A stretch of DNA of 64,000 nt from an uncultured Ignavibacteriota bacterium (GCA_937983305.1 CALKAJ010000030.1:20-64019), one strand, 5' to 3'. Counted from the stretch's first letter, positions 17,114-26,451 are shown. A program made the numbers and translations. Notes: a model not told the origin generated them from the sequence alone.

Positions 17114-17140
17114 TTCATAAAGTTCATAAAGTTCATAAAG
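17114..17140. repeat. perfect 9-bp tandem repeat (TTCATAAAG) x3
   Basis: Read directly at 17114-17122, 17123-17131 and 17132-17140, ending 7 bp before the TTG start of ccmC. Confidence 0.9.
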
Positions 17141-17147
17141 TATAGAA

Positions 17148-17807
17148 TTGAATATTGTTTATAAATCGGCGGTTTTTATTATAATAACAGGCGTGTTACT
17201 GGCAGCTTTCTTAGTGCCAATTCCAAATATTCCTGCACTTGGAGAGAAGGCAAGAATTTTATTCCTCCACGTGCCTACTGCCTGGCTAAGTGTTGTTGCT
17301 TTTTTAATTTCAATGATATACTCAGTTATTTATCTCAGGAAAAGAGATATTTATGCTGATGTAAAAGCTTTCGCTTCGGCAGAAATTGGTTTTTTGTTTT
17401 GCATTCTTGCAACTGTAACGGGCTCTGTATGGGCAAAATTCAGCTGGGGTTCTTTCTGGAACTGGGACCCGAGAGAGACATCAATTTTTATTTTACTTCT
17501 TATTTACGGAGCGTATTTTTCATTAAGGTCTGCAATTGATAATCCTGAGCAGAAAGCAAAACTTGCTTCGGTATATTCCATTATTGCTTTTATAACTGTG
17601 CCGTTTTTTATTTTTATTATGCCGAGACTTGTAGAAACTTTACATCCTGATCCTATTATAAACGACAGAGGTAAGATAAATATGTCCCCGAATATGCAGA
17701 TAATATTTTTTAGCTCATTGACCGGGTTTACTCTGCTCTTTTTCTGGATGTTAAATGTTAAAGTACGGCTTGAGAATTTAAGAATTAAAAAATTAAACGT
17801 TAATTAA
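17148..17807 (+). CDS. ccmC: cytochrome c maturation (System I) haem exporter protein CcmC
   Basis: 219 aa. WGSFWNWDPRET is the WWD haem-handling motif. Polytopic membrane protein. Only a TTG start is possible because an in-frame TAA lies at 17136. Confidence 0.9.
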   Translation: MNIVYKSAVFIIITGVLLAAFLVPIPNIPALGEKARILFLHVPTAWLSVVAFLISMIYSVIYLRKRDIYADVKAFASAEIGFLFCILATVTGSVWAKFSWGSFWNWDPRETSIFILLLIYGAYFSLRSAIDNPEQKAKLASVYSIIAFITVPFFIFIMPRLVETLHPDPIINDRGKINMSPNMQIIFFSSLTGFTLLFFWMLNVKVRLENLRIKKLNVN

Positions 17808-17818
17808 AAAATAAATTT

Positions 17819-17932
17819 ATGAGCGATATATATGTAGTTTTAACTATAGCATTGATAATCTGGTTTGGATTGTTTGTCTATCTGTTTATGATTGACAGGA
17901 GAGTTAAAAAACTTGAAGAAGAAAATAAATAA
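17819..17932 (+). CDS. ccmD: CcmD-like small membrane protein (37 aa), absent from the ORF track
   Basis: ATG at 17819. MSDIYVVLTIALIIWFGLFVYLFMIDRRVKKLEEENK* has one TM helix followed by a basic/acidic tail. It lies exactly between ccmC and ccmE, where ccmD normally sits. Confidence 0.6.
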   Translation: MSDIYVVLTIALIIWFGLFVYLFMIDRRVKKLEEENK

Positions 17933-17938
17933 AATTTT

Positions 17939-18325
17939 ATGAATAACAGAATTAAATTAATTATTGGAGTTGTCATTGTTTCAGTTTTTGTATCTATTGG
18001 TTTTTTCAAATTTATGGATACAAAAATAGAATATGTGAATTTCCGGGAGGCAACCGCAAAATCAAAAGTTGTGGAAGTTAAAGGCGTATGGCTGAAAGAC
18101 AAAGAAACAAAATTTGACCCGGGAACAAGTACATTCGAATTCTATATGAGAGATGATTATAACACCGAGATGAAAGTCATTTATCCCGGAGGTAAACCAA
18201 ATAACTTTGAAGTTGCAGACGCAATTGTTGTAAAAGGTCAGGTTAAAAACGGTTCCTTCCATGCAAAAGATATTCTGACAAAATGTCCGTCCAAATACGA
18301 AGGCAACGGACAGGATGTAAAATAA
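17939..18325 (+). CDS. ccmE: haem chaperone CcmE, Cys-variant (CXXXY)
   Basis: 128 aa. N-terminal anchor and OB-fold-like body. AKDILTKCPSKYEG aligns with E. coli AKEVLAKHDENYTP, so the haem-binding His is replaced by Cys116 (TGT at 18284-18286). Confidence 0.88.
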   Translation: MNNRIKLIIGVVIVSVFVSIGFFKFMDTKIEYVNFREATAKSKVVEVKGVWLKDKETKFDPGTSTFEFYMRDDYNTEMKVIYPGGKPNNFEVADAIVVKGQVKNGSFHAKDILTKCPSKYEGNGQDVK

Positions 18326-18352
18326 TTTCTCACCAAAAATTTAAATCTTATT

Positions 18353-20638
18353 ATGATAGGAAAAATTCTCATTTACATAACATTAGCTGCAAGTTTTGTT
18401 TCCATTGTAAGCTATGCTTTAACTTATTTCAGAAAAAGCAATCTGAAGAAAATATCAAGATTATTTTTTCATATAACCGTAATCAGTGTTCTCTTTGCTT
18501 CCGCATATTTACTCAGCCTGATTCTGTCTCATCAGTTCCAGTATTCCTACGTTTGGGAATATAGCAGCCGCTCTCTTGGAACTCCTTTGCTGATATCTAC
18601 TTTTTTCGCAGGGCAGGAAGGCAGTTTTTTGCTTTGGGCTTTGTTTGCATCAATTATAGGAATATTTCTGATTAACAGTGTTTCTAAGAATTCTGATTTT
18701 GAAGCACCCGTTATGATGATATATACACTGGTGATTGCATTTCTCGCAGTCCTTCTGATTCTCAAATCGCCATTCACTACGATATGGGAAGCATTCCCCG
18801 GACAGGTTCAGGAAAATTATATGCCCGAAGACGGTAGAGGTCTAAACCCGATTTTACAGAATTTCTGGATGGTTATACACCCCCCGATTTTATTTGTTGG
18901 TTTTGCTTCTCTTGCCGTTCCATTTGCATTTGCACTTGCAACTTTATTCAACAAAAAATACAACGAATGGGTTGTCTATGTAATGCCCTGGATGTTGTTT
19001 GCATCTGCTACACTTGGATTGGGTATAATACTCGGCGGTTATTGGTCTTATGGTGTGCTTGGCTGGGGCGGTTATTGGGCTTGGGACCCGGTCGAAAATT
19101 CTTCGTTGATTCCCTGGCTTGTTTCGATTGCGGCTTTGCATACTCTGATAGGTCAAAAAGCTACCGAAGGTTATAAAAAGACAAATATCATTTTATCAAT
19201 TATTGCTTATCTTCTCGTTCTTTATTCTACCTTTCTCACAAGAAGCGGAATACTTCAGGATTCTTCAGTTCACTCTTTTGTAAAACCGGGAATGGAAGTT
19301 TATATCGCTCTTGTTCTGTTTATTTCATCATTCATTATAATTTCTGTAATTGCACTTGCTGTCAGATATAAGTCTCTTAGTGAGGTAGCTAAAAAAGATA
19401 CGAAAGTTAATATTCTTTCAAGGGAAGCAATTTTATATATCGGTTCTTTAATTATTCTCGCATCCGGTGCCATCATAATTGCAGGTACAAGTTTACCGAT
19501 ATTTTCAAAGAGTACTGTTGATATAAGTTTTTACAATCAGATGAATATGCCAATTGCCATCGTAATGCTTGTATTTGCCGCAATAGCATTCTTTCTCGAT
19601 TGGAGAACAACAGATACTAAAAAGTTCTTCAATAAGCTGATTACACCCGCTGCGCTCGCTCTCGTTACAACTGTTATAATTTCAATATTTGCAATAAATG
19701 AAATAGTCTATATTATTTTCACATTTGCAATATTTTTTGCCTTCTTCTCGGGGATTGTAAAACTCGGGAATGTTTTTAAAGCAAAGAAAATAACTTTTGG
19801 AGCTGCCATTGCCCATATCGGACTTGCACTTTTCTTTCTCGGAATTATTGCTTCTTCGAAATACAGCGAAGAAGTAAGGATACCTTTGGAAATGGGAAAA
19901 CCATCGGAGGCGTTTGGATACGCATTTACTTACAAGGGAGCTGAACCTTTCAGCGACCCTGAGAATCCTAATGACGAGAAATATTATTTCAACGTATTGA
20001 TGGAAAAAGATAATAAGGAGATGGTTCTCAAACCTGTTATGTATTTCAGCAGTTTCAACGAAGGTGTGATGAAGAATCCCTATGTAGCAAGTTTTATAAC
20101 AAAGGATATTTATCTTTCTCCTATTGAGTTAATTGCTCCACAGACGTATGATCCTAAAGATGAGCACGTTGTCGGGCAGAACGAAGAAAAAGAAATCAAT
20201 GGAGTTAAAATCAAATTTATTGATTTTGACCTGAGTCAGGCACCAATGGGTAATAAAACAGAAGCGAGTGACTACTCAATTTTTGCGAATATAAACGCAA
20301 CTTATAACGGGAAAACACTTCCCGTAAAACTTGAATTGAAATATATTGGCGGCTCGCCTGAAGCAACGGAAATAAAACTGCCACAGGACGAGAAAATTTC
20401 ATTGATGTTTACAGGTATGAATGTTAAAAACGAGCAAAACCCCGTTTCTTCCGCTAAGATTGTTGTCCTTGACGAAGAGAAGAAATCTAAATTTAAAAAG
20501 CAGGATGAGATTATGCTTGTAAGCGTTTCAATAAAACCCTACATTGGGGTATTATGGCTTGGCTCGTTTATAATGATTTTTGGATTCTTCTATTCAATTA
20601 TTAAAAGAGTCAAGGATTTGAAAAAAAATAAAAGTTAG
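18353..20638 (+). CDS. ccmF: cytochrome c haem lyase subunit CcmF
   Basis: 761 aa polytopic protein. WGGYWAWDPVENSSLIPW is the WWD motif. Includes a long periplasmic CcmF C-terminal region and a final TM helix. Confidence 0.93.
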   Translation: MIGKILIYITLAASFVSIVSYALTYFRKSNLKKISRLFFHITVISVLFASAYLLSLILSHQFQYSYVWEYSSRSLGTPLLISTFFAGQEGSFLLWALFASIIGIFLINSVSKNSDFEAPVMMIYTLVIAFLAVLLILKSPFTTIWEAFPGQVQENYMPEDGRGLNPILQNFWMVIHPPILFVGFASLAVPFAFALATLFNKKYNEWVVYVMPWMLFASATLGLGIILGGYWSYGVLGWGGYWAWDPVENSSLIPWLVSIAALHTLIGQKATEGYKKTNIILSIIAYLLVLYSTFLTRSGILQDSSVHSFVKPGMEVYIALVLFISSFIIISVIALAVRYKSLSEVAKKDTKVNILSREAILYIGSLIILASGAIIIAGTSLPIFSKSTVDISFYNQMNMPIAIVMLVFAAIAFFLDWRTTDTKKFFNKLITPAALALVTTVIISIFAINEIVYIIFTFAIFFAFFSGIVKLGNVFKAKKITFGAAIAHIGLALFFLGIIASSKYSEEVRIPLEMGKPSEAFGYAFTYKGAEPFSDPENPNDEKYYFNVLMEKDNKEMVLKPVMYFSSFNEGVMKNPYVASFITKDIYLSPIELIAPQTYDPKDEHVVGQNEEKEINGVKIKFIDFDLSQAPMGNKTEASDYSIFANINATYNGKTLPVKLELKYIGGSPEATEIKLPQDEKISLMFTGMNVKNEQNPVSSAKIVVLDEEKKSKFKKQDEIMLVSVSIKPYIGVLWLGSFIMIFGFFYSIIKRVKDLKKNKS

Positions 20639-20759
20639 GTTTTGTTTTAAAATTTGACTTTCACAATTTACCTAAGTTGTTTATTTTTCAATACTTTTTT
20701 ATTCAGGATTTGAGGACTCTCATTTTCTACAATGATTATTAATTTTAACTTGTTATTAT

Positions 20760-21644
20760 ATGTTTCATTCCATCGTATTAGTAAAGCAGGTTCCCGACAC
20801 TACAAATATTACCGGACAGGTAATGAAAGAAGACGGTACCGTAAATAGAGCAAAACTGCCTGCGATTTTTAATTTTGAGGATATCGTCGCTCTTGAACTC
20901 GCACTTAAAGTAAAAGATAAGTTTGGAGGAAAAGTAACGGCTATAACTATGGGACCTCCAAGGGCATCTGATATTCTCAGAGAGTGCCTTTATATGGGAG
21001 CAGATACTGTATATGCAATCAGTGACAGGAAGTTTGCAGGTGCTGATACTCTGGCAACATCTTATGTCCTGAGCGAAGCTATAAAAAAGATTGGAGATTA
21101 TGATTTTATATTTGCCGGAAGACAGGCAATTGACGGAGATACTGCTCAGGTTGGACCTCAAACAGCGGAAAAGCTTGGAATACCTCAGGCGACCTATGTT
21201 GAAGAAATTCTTGATATTAAAGACGGAAAGGCAAAAATAAGAAAAAAGATAGACGGAGGATTCGAGATTGTTGAAGCAAAACTGCCTGTTTTATTGACTG
21301 TAATTAAAGGAGCCGCCGAGCCGAGACCTTTTAGCGCCAAGAAAGTTATGCAATACAAGGGCGCCAAATCTTTGATGGATTTGGAAAAACTTACGGAAGG
21401 CAATCCATTGCTGTATATTGATACACTTCAACACGAATATGAAGAAAGAAATTTATTTATCCCGACACTTACAACGGACGACTTGCCTGTTGATCTTACA
21501 AGAATTGGAATTAAAGGTTCTCCCACAAAGGTATATAAAATTGAATCAGTAGTTTTAGCCGGCGGAAATCAGGAAAGAATAGAGCCGACAAAGAAAGGTA
21601 TCGGAGAGCTGATAGATAAATTAATTGATGACCACATATTTTAA
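20760..21644 (+). CDS. etfB: electron transfer flavoprotein beta subunit
   Basis: 294 aa. VLVKQVPDT and GRQAIDGDTAQVGPQTAEKLGIPQATYV are typical EtfB. Confidence 0.93.
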   Translation: MFHSIVLVKQVPDTTNITGQVMKEDGTVNRAKLPAIFNFEDIVALELALKVKDKFGGKVTAITMGPPRASDILRECLYMGADTVYAISDRKFAGADTLATSYVLSEAIKKIGDYDFIFAGRQAIDGDTAQVGPQTAEKLGIPQATYVEEILDIKDGKAKIRKKIDGGFEIVEAKLPVLLTVIKGAAEPRPFSAKKVMQYKGAKSLMDLEKLTEGNPLLYIDTLQHEYEERNLFIPTLTTDDLPVDLTRIGIKGSPTKVYKIESVVLAGGNQERIEPTKKGIGELIDKLIDDHIF

Positions 21645-21680
21645 TTTTTATTAATCAAGGAAATATAAAGAATTTAGAAA

Positions 21681-22715
21681 ATGAGTAATAACGGAACAAA
21701 AAATAAACCCTCGGAAGTCTGGGTATTCATCGAACAAAGAGAAGGCAAACCTGCCGATGTGAGTTTTGAGCTTTTGAGCAAGGGAAGAAAACTTGCCGAC
21801 AATATGAATGGGCTCTTAAAGGCAGTTGTTATCGGAGATGATGTTTCCGGAATAGCAAAAGAGTCTTTCAGGTTTGGTGCAAATGAAGCTTATCTTATTC
21901 AGCATCCTGATTTAAAGCATTATAGAACTATTCCTTATTCAAGGATTTTGAATGAACTTATAGAAAAAGAAAATCCGAGAATAGTATTATTTGGCGCAAC
22001 TGTTATTGGAAGGGACTTAGCTCCAAGAGTTGCCTCTCACACGAAAAGCGGATTGACGGCAGACTGTACGGATTTAAAAATTGCAGACATCACTTATCTC
22101 AATAAAGATTACAAAGAACTTCTGCTTCAAATCAGACCTGCCTTTGGCGGCAATATTGTTGCTACCATTATAACACCCGATGTTTATGTACAAATGGCAA
22201 CCGTAAGAGAAGGTGTAATGGAAATGCATCAATTCGAAAATCCATTCAAAGTTAAAATTACTGAAATCCCGTATATTCCGAATGAAATAGATAATCTTGT
22301 TACATTTATTGAACAGCACAGAGAAGAATCAAAAATTAACCTGAAAGCCGCTCCTATAATTGTTGCAGGCGGATATGGACTTGGAACAAGAGAAAACTTT
22401 AACTTAATCTTTGAACTTGCTCATACACTCGGAGCTGAAGTTGCAGGAAGCCGTGCCGCAGTAGATGCAGGATTCATCCCGCACGAAAGACAGGTAGGGC
22501 AGACAGGAGTTACTGTTCGTCCAAAACTTTATATTGCTGTTGGGATTTCAGGAGCTATCCAGCACAGAGCAGGAATGCAGGAAGCCAATAAAATAATTGC
22601 AATAAACAGCGACCCCGATGCTCCGATTTTTGATATTGCACATTACGGAATAGTCGGAGATGCGGCGGAAATAATTCCGTCTTTTATTGAAACTTATAAA
22701 AGTAAATTGAAATAA
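21681..22715 (+). CDS. etfA: electron transfer flavoprotein alpha subunit
   Basis: 344 aa. C-terminal FAD-binding region GSRAAVDAGFIPHERQVGQTGVTVRPKLYIAVGISGAIQH. Confidence 0.93.
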   Translation: MSNNGTKNKPSEVWVFIEQREGKPADVSFELLSKGRKLADNMNGLLKAVVIGDDVSGIAKESFRFGANEAYLIQHPDLKHYRTIPYSRILNELIEKENPRIVLFGATVIGRDLAPRVASHTKSGLTADCTDLKIADITYLNKDYKELLLQIRPAFGGNIVATIITPDVYVQMATVREGVMEMHQFENPFKVKITEIPYIPNEIDNLVTFIEQHREESKINLKAAPIIVAGGYGLGTRENFNLIFELAHTLGAEVAGSRAAVDAGFIPHERQVGQTGVTVRPKLYIAVGISGAIQHRAGMQEANKIIAINSDPDAPIFDIAHYGIVGDAAEIIPSFIETYKSKLK

Positions 22716-22722
22716 AAATAAT

Positions 22723-24444
22723 ATGCCTAATTTTTTCACAGACAATAAAGACCTTCTTTTTCAGTTTGAAAGACTTGACCTGAAAGAAGTTGTACAGATA
22801 GCGGAAAATAATTACGAGGAATCAAAGAAATTTCCTTATGCACCCGTAGATTTTGAAGATGCTATGGAAAATTACCGAAAGGTTCTCGAAGTAGTTGGAG
22901 ATATTGCAGGAAACTATATTGATGCAAGAGCGAGCGAAGTTGATTCCGAAGGTGCTCACTATAATAACGGCGATGTTAATTATGCATCCGGTACTGTAGA
23001 AAATCTGAAACAGCTTTCACAGGCAGATCTGATGGGTATGGTACTCCCGAGAAAATTCGGCGGATTGCATTTTCCTACATCGGTTTATATGATGGCTACT
23101 GAAATGATTGCCCGTGCCGATGCATCACTTATGAATATTTTCGGTTTACAGGATATCGGCGAGATGATTAATAAATTTGGAGACGAGAGCCAGAGAGAGG
23201 AATTTTTGCCAAAGTTCTGCACAGGCGAATATACAGGTGCAATGGCTTTAACAGAGCCCGATGCAGGCTCTGACCTTCAGGCAGTGAAACTTACTGCCTA
23301 TCAGGATGAAAAGGGGCAATGGTTCTTAAAAGGCGTGAAAAGATTTATAACCAACGGTAATGCCGATATACATCTTGTTCTTGCCCGTTCTGAAGCCGGA
23401 ACAAAAGACGGCAGAGGTTTAAGTATGTTTGTTTGCTATCGGGATAAATCTCTTGTAATAAGAAGAATAGAAAATAAACTTGGAATTCACGGCTCTCCTA
23501 CTTGCGAACTGCAGTTTAACGATACTCCTGCCTGGCTTGTCGGCAAAAGAAAATTTGGATTAATAAAATATGTTTTTGATTTAATGTTCCGCGCAAGACT
23601 CGGAGTTTCGGCGCAGGCTCTTGGCATTTCGCAGGCGGCTTATGAAGAAGCATTGAAATATGCAAAAGACAGAGTGCAATTCGGAAAATCAATTTACAAT
23701 ATTCCCGCAGTTACAAACATTCTGCTTGATATGAGAACAACTCTTGAAACAAACAGAACCATTATGTATGCGGCAGGAACTGCGGTTGATTTGAAAGAAA
23801 AACTTGAAGAGCTTGTTGAGAAAAACAAAGCAGAAGGAAAAAATGATGTTGCTTTAAATGAAAGACTTAAATCAGTTACAAAGTTTGCAAATTTCGTTAC
23901 TCCTCTTGCCAAGTATATTCTGACGGAAAGTTCAAATAAGATTACTTACGATGCTCTCCAGATTCACGGAGGAACGGGATATATGAAAGAATTCAGAGTG
24001 GAAAGACTTGCACGCGATGCGCGCATAACAAATATTTACGAAGGAACATCACAGCTTCATATTGTAGCCGCTATTGGTGCAGTGATTGGTGATATACTTA
24101 AAGATATGTTTGATAAAAAAGAAAAGAAAGAATATCCCGGAGGACTTTCAAGACTTTCTGAAATATTAAAAGAAATCCGTGTAATATTTTACGATTGTCT
24201 GAAATATGTTGTTGATAAAAAAGATGTAAGTTTTCAGGATGTTGCGGCAAAAGATTTGGTTGAACTGTACAGCTATATTTACACCGGCTGGCTGCTGCTC
24301 GATGAGGCTGAAGTAAACGAAGGTAAGAAATTTATTGCAAACAGGTATATAATTGAGTCTCTTGCCAATGCAAGAAGAAATGCGGAAAATATCAAGAACG
24401 AACTATTTACCGACATACTCCATGCCGATAAGATATTAATATAA
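22723..24444 (+). CDS. acyl-CoA dehydrogenase (long form, about 570 aa)
   Basis: 573 aa. ALTEPDAGSDL, ITNG and QIHGGTGYMKEFRVERLARDARITNIYEGTSQL match the ACAD family. There is an extra C-terminal helical domain. Confidence 0.9.
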   Translation: MPNFFTDNKDLLFQFERLDLKEVVQIAENNYEESKKFPYAPVDFEDAMENYRKVLEVVGDIAGNYIDARASEVDSEGAHYNNGDVNYASGTVENLKQLSQADLMGMVLPRKFGGLHFPTSVYMMATEMIARADASLMNIFGLQDIGEMINKFGDESQREEFLPKFCTGEYTGAMALTEPDAGSDLQAVKLTAYQDEKGQWFLKGVKRFITNGNADIHLVLARSEAGTKDGRGLSMFVCYRDKSLVIRRIENKLGIHGSPTCELQFNDTPAWLVGKRKFGLIKYVFDLMFRARLGVSAQALGISQAAYEEALKYAKDRVQFGKSIYNIPAVTNILLDMRTTLETNRTIMYAAGTAVDLKEKLEELVEKNKAEGKNDVALNERLKSVTKFANFVTPLAKYILTESSNKITYDALQIHGGTGYMKEFRVERLARDARITNIYEGTSQLHIVAAIGAVIGDILKDMFDKKEKKEYPGGLSRLSEILKEIRVIFYDCLKYVVDKKDVSFQDVAAKDLVELYSYIYTGWLLLDEAEVNEGKKFIANRYIIESLANARRNAENIKNELFTDILHADKILI

Positions 24445-24469
24445 TTATTAACTATATAATAAAATTAAA

Positions 24470-24667
24470 ATGTTTTATTACAGAATTTTTGACGATAAAG
24501 ACGAATTGAACTTTTTCAAAAGTTCATTAAAGTATGAAAAAATTGTTGAATTGATGGCTCAGTTTGAGAAAGAACATCAGGAATACTTAAACTGTGAGTT
24601 CATAGATTTTCTAAAGAAAAGTGATGCCGAAGCTGAGATTATTGAAGTTACTAACATTTACTACTAA
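24470..24667 (+). CDS. hypothetical small protein (65 aa)
   Basis: ORF only. It is followed at once by a strong terminator, consistent with being the last gene of the etf-acd transcript. No family recognised. Confidence 0.3.
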   Translation: MFYYRIFDDKDELNFFKSSLKYEKIVELMAQFEKEHQEYLNCEFIDFLKKSDAEAEIIEVTNIYY

Positions 24668-24672
24668 AGTTT

Positions 24673-24703
24673 AAAAGGACTGCTCTTTACGGGCAGTCCT
24701 TTT
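24673..24703. terminator. intrinsic terminator, possibly bidirectional between convergent genes
   Basis: Perfect 11-bp stem AAAAGGACTGC / GCAGTCCTTTT with a 9-nt loop and A/T runs on both sides. Confidence 0.8.
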
Positions 24704-24753
24704 AATAAATATCTTTTTGTTTACTTTTTTAAAATAAAAAAATTCGAAGGAGT

Positions 24754-25125
24754 TTACTTCTTCGCCCAAAGACCGATTACGTTATTATCAAGGTCTCTGA
24801 AAAGTCCGTAGAAACCTGCCGATTCACTAATCAGAGTTTTATGCTCTTCAATCTTGCCGCCTAGTTCAGCCGCTTTTTTCAGGCTTTCCTCAATATCTTC
24901 GACTTCAATATAAATTACAATTGACTGACCGCCGTTTTCGGAAAGTTCACGCTTTGTAAATCCGCCTCCGACTGAATTTTCACCGGTGAAAATATTCCAG
25001 TATATTGTCTTTGATGCCTGTGATAATTTGAAATCCCAGTTAAAAAGCTGTGAATAAAAATTTTTTGCTTTCTCGAAATCGCTTACTTTTATCTCAAACC
25101 AACCTATTGGGTTTTTTAATGACAT
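24754..25125 (-). CDS. VOC (glyoxalase/bleomycin-resistance/dioxygenase) family protein
   Basis: 123 aa. IGWFEIKVSDFEKAKNFYSQLFNW and DLDNNVIGLW are typical of small VOC-fold proteins. Confidence 0.75.
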   Translation of the reverse strand: MSLKNPIGWFEIKVSDFEKAKNFYSQLFNWDFKLSQASKTIYWNIFTGENSVGGGFTKRELSENGGQSIVIYIEVEDIEESLKKAAELGGKIEEHKTLISESAGFYGLFRDLDNNVIGLWAKK

Positions 25126-25285
25126 TTGTATTTTCTCCTTTTTAATGTTTTATATCTTTAACCAAAATATTGATTATTTAATTCTATTTCTATGGAAAAT
25201 TAAATATTGGTAATAAAATAAACCATTTTATTATTAATATTTTTTATATACATTCCAATATTACCTTAAATTAAATTATAAGAAT

Positions 25286-26221
25286 ATGAAAAAATTACTA
25301 CTTCTTTTCTTTTTCCTTTCTCTGCCGGTTTTAGCTTTTTCTCAATATTACACAGAGAGTTTCGAACCTTATGATTCAATCACTCATCCGCCTGATTGGA
25401 AAGTTGTAAATAATGCAGGATTCCCCATAAATGAATTTGCTAATTGGTGTATCAGAGATACAGGCAGAATTCTTCCTAATATTACTCCATATCCCCCCAC
25501 AGGCGGGCCAAAACTTTCAAGGGCTTATGACGGTATTAAAGCCTATAATGTAACCTGGGGTGCAGGAATTCCTTTAGATACTAACAGTTCAACCGTAAGC
25601 GATGCGTGGTTAATTTCAAAAAAATTCAATAACATTCCCTCAGATGCATTTTTCTCATTTTACGCTTGTGGCGGTTCTGCAAGTTTTCTCGATAGTTTGC
25701 AGATTTTGGTAAGTCCTACTGGCGATACAGCTTTGTCAAGCTTTACGAATAAAATCCAGACAATAATCTGGACTCCTCCCGTAACCTATGGTGAATTCCA
25801 GAATTATACATACGATTTTTCTCAGTTTGCCGGGCTTAATATTAGGGTGGCATTCAGGTATTATATGGAGACTTCCCAAATGGGATATGTAGTTATGTTA
25901 GACTATGTTCAGATGTTTGGTTCAGTAGGTATTAAACCCATAAATTCCAATATTCCTGATAAATTTGCATTAAAGCAAAATTTCCCAAATCCATTTAACC
26001 CTCAAACTACTATCAGATTTGACCTTGCAAAAAGCACTAATGTCAGACTTGATGTTTATAATTCATTGGGACAAGTTGTCCAAACCCTTCAAGACGGGTT
26101 TAAACCTGCAGGCTACTATGAAGCTACTTTTAATGCATCATCTTTGTCAAGCGGCATCTATTTCTATAAACTGACAACCGACCAGTTTACAGAAACTAAA
26201 AAGATGATGGTTATAAAATAG
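25286..26221 (+). CDS. secreted protein with a T9SS C-terminal sorting domain (N-terminal choice-of-anchor-J-like domain, tentative)
   Basis: 311 aa. Signal peptide. C-terminal FALKQNFPNPFNPQTTIRFDL...VYNSLGQVV...SSGIYFYKL...KKMMVIK. Confidence 0.75.
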   Translation: MKKLLLLFFFLSLPVLAFSQYYTESFEPYDSITHPPDWKVVNNAGFPINEFANWCIRDTGRILPNITPYPPTGGPKLSRAYDGIKAYNVTWGAGIPLDTNSSTVSDAWLISKKFNNIPSDAFFSFYACGGSASFLDSLQILVSPTGDTALSSFTNKIQTIIWTPPVTYGEFQNYTYDFSQFAGLNIRVAFRYYMETSQMGYVVMLDYVQMFGSVGIKPINSNIPDKFALKQNFPNPFNPQTTIRFDLAKSTNVRLDVYNSLGQVVQTLQDGFKPAGYYEATFNASSLSSGIYFYKLTTDQFTETKKMMVIK

Positions 26222-26451
26222 TATAATATGGCTATCATAATATTAATTAATCGTTTTAAAGTCGTTCTTTCGCAACAATAAATAATTTTTGTGGAGTCTC
26301 TATCCAAAAACTAAATATCGAGGAGACTCCACAACAAAAATAAACTTATTTATAATTATTTTTAAAAGGAGTTAATGATGAAACCGCCATAGTAAAGCCA
26401 AACCCCCCTCACCAAACAAACAAATTATTGATTAAAACGATAATTATAGTT

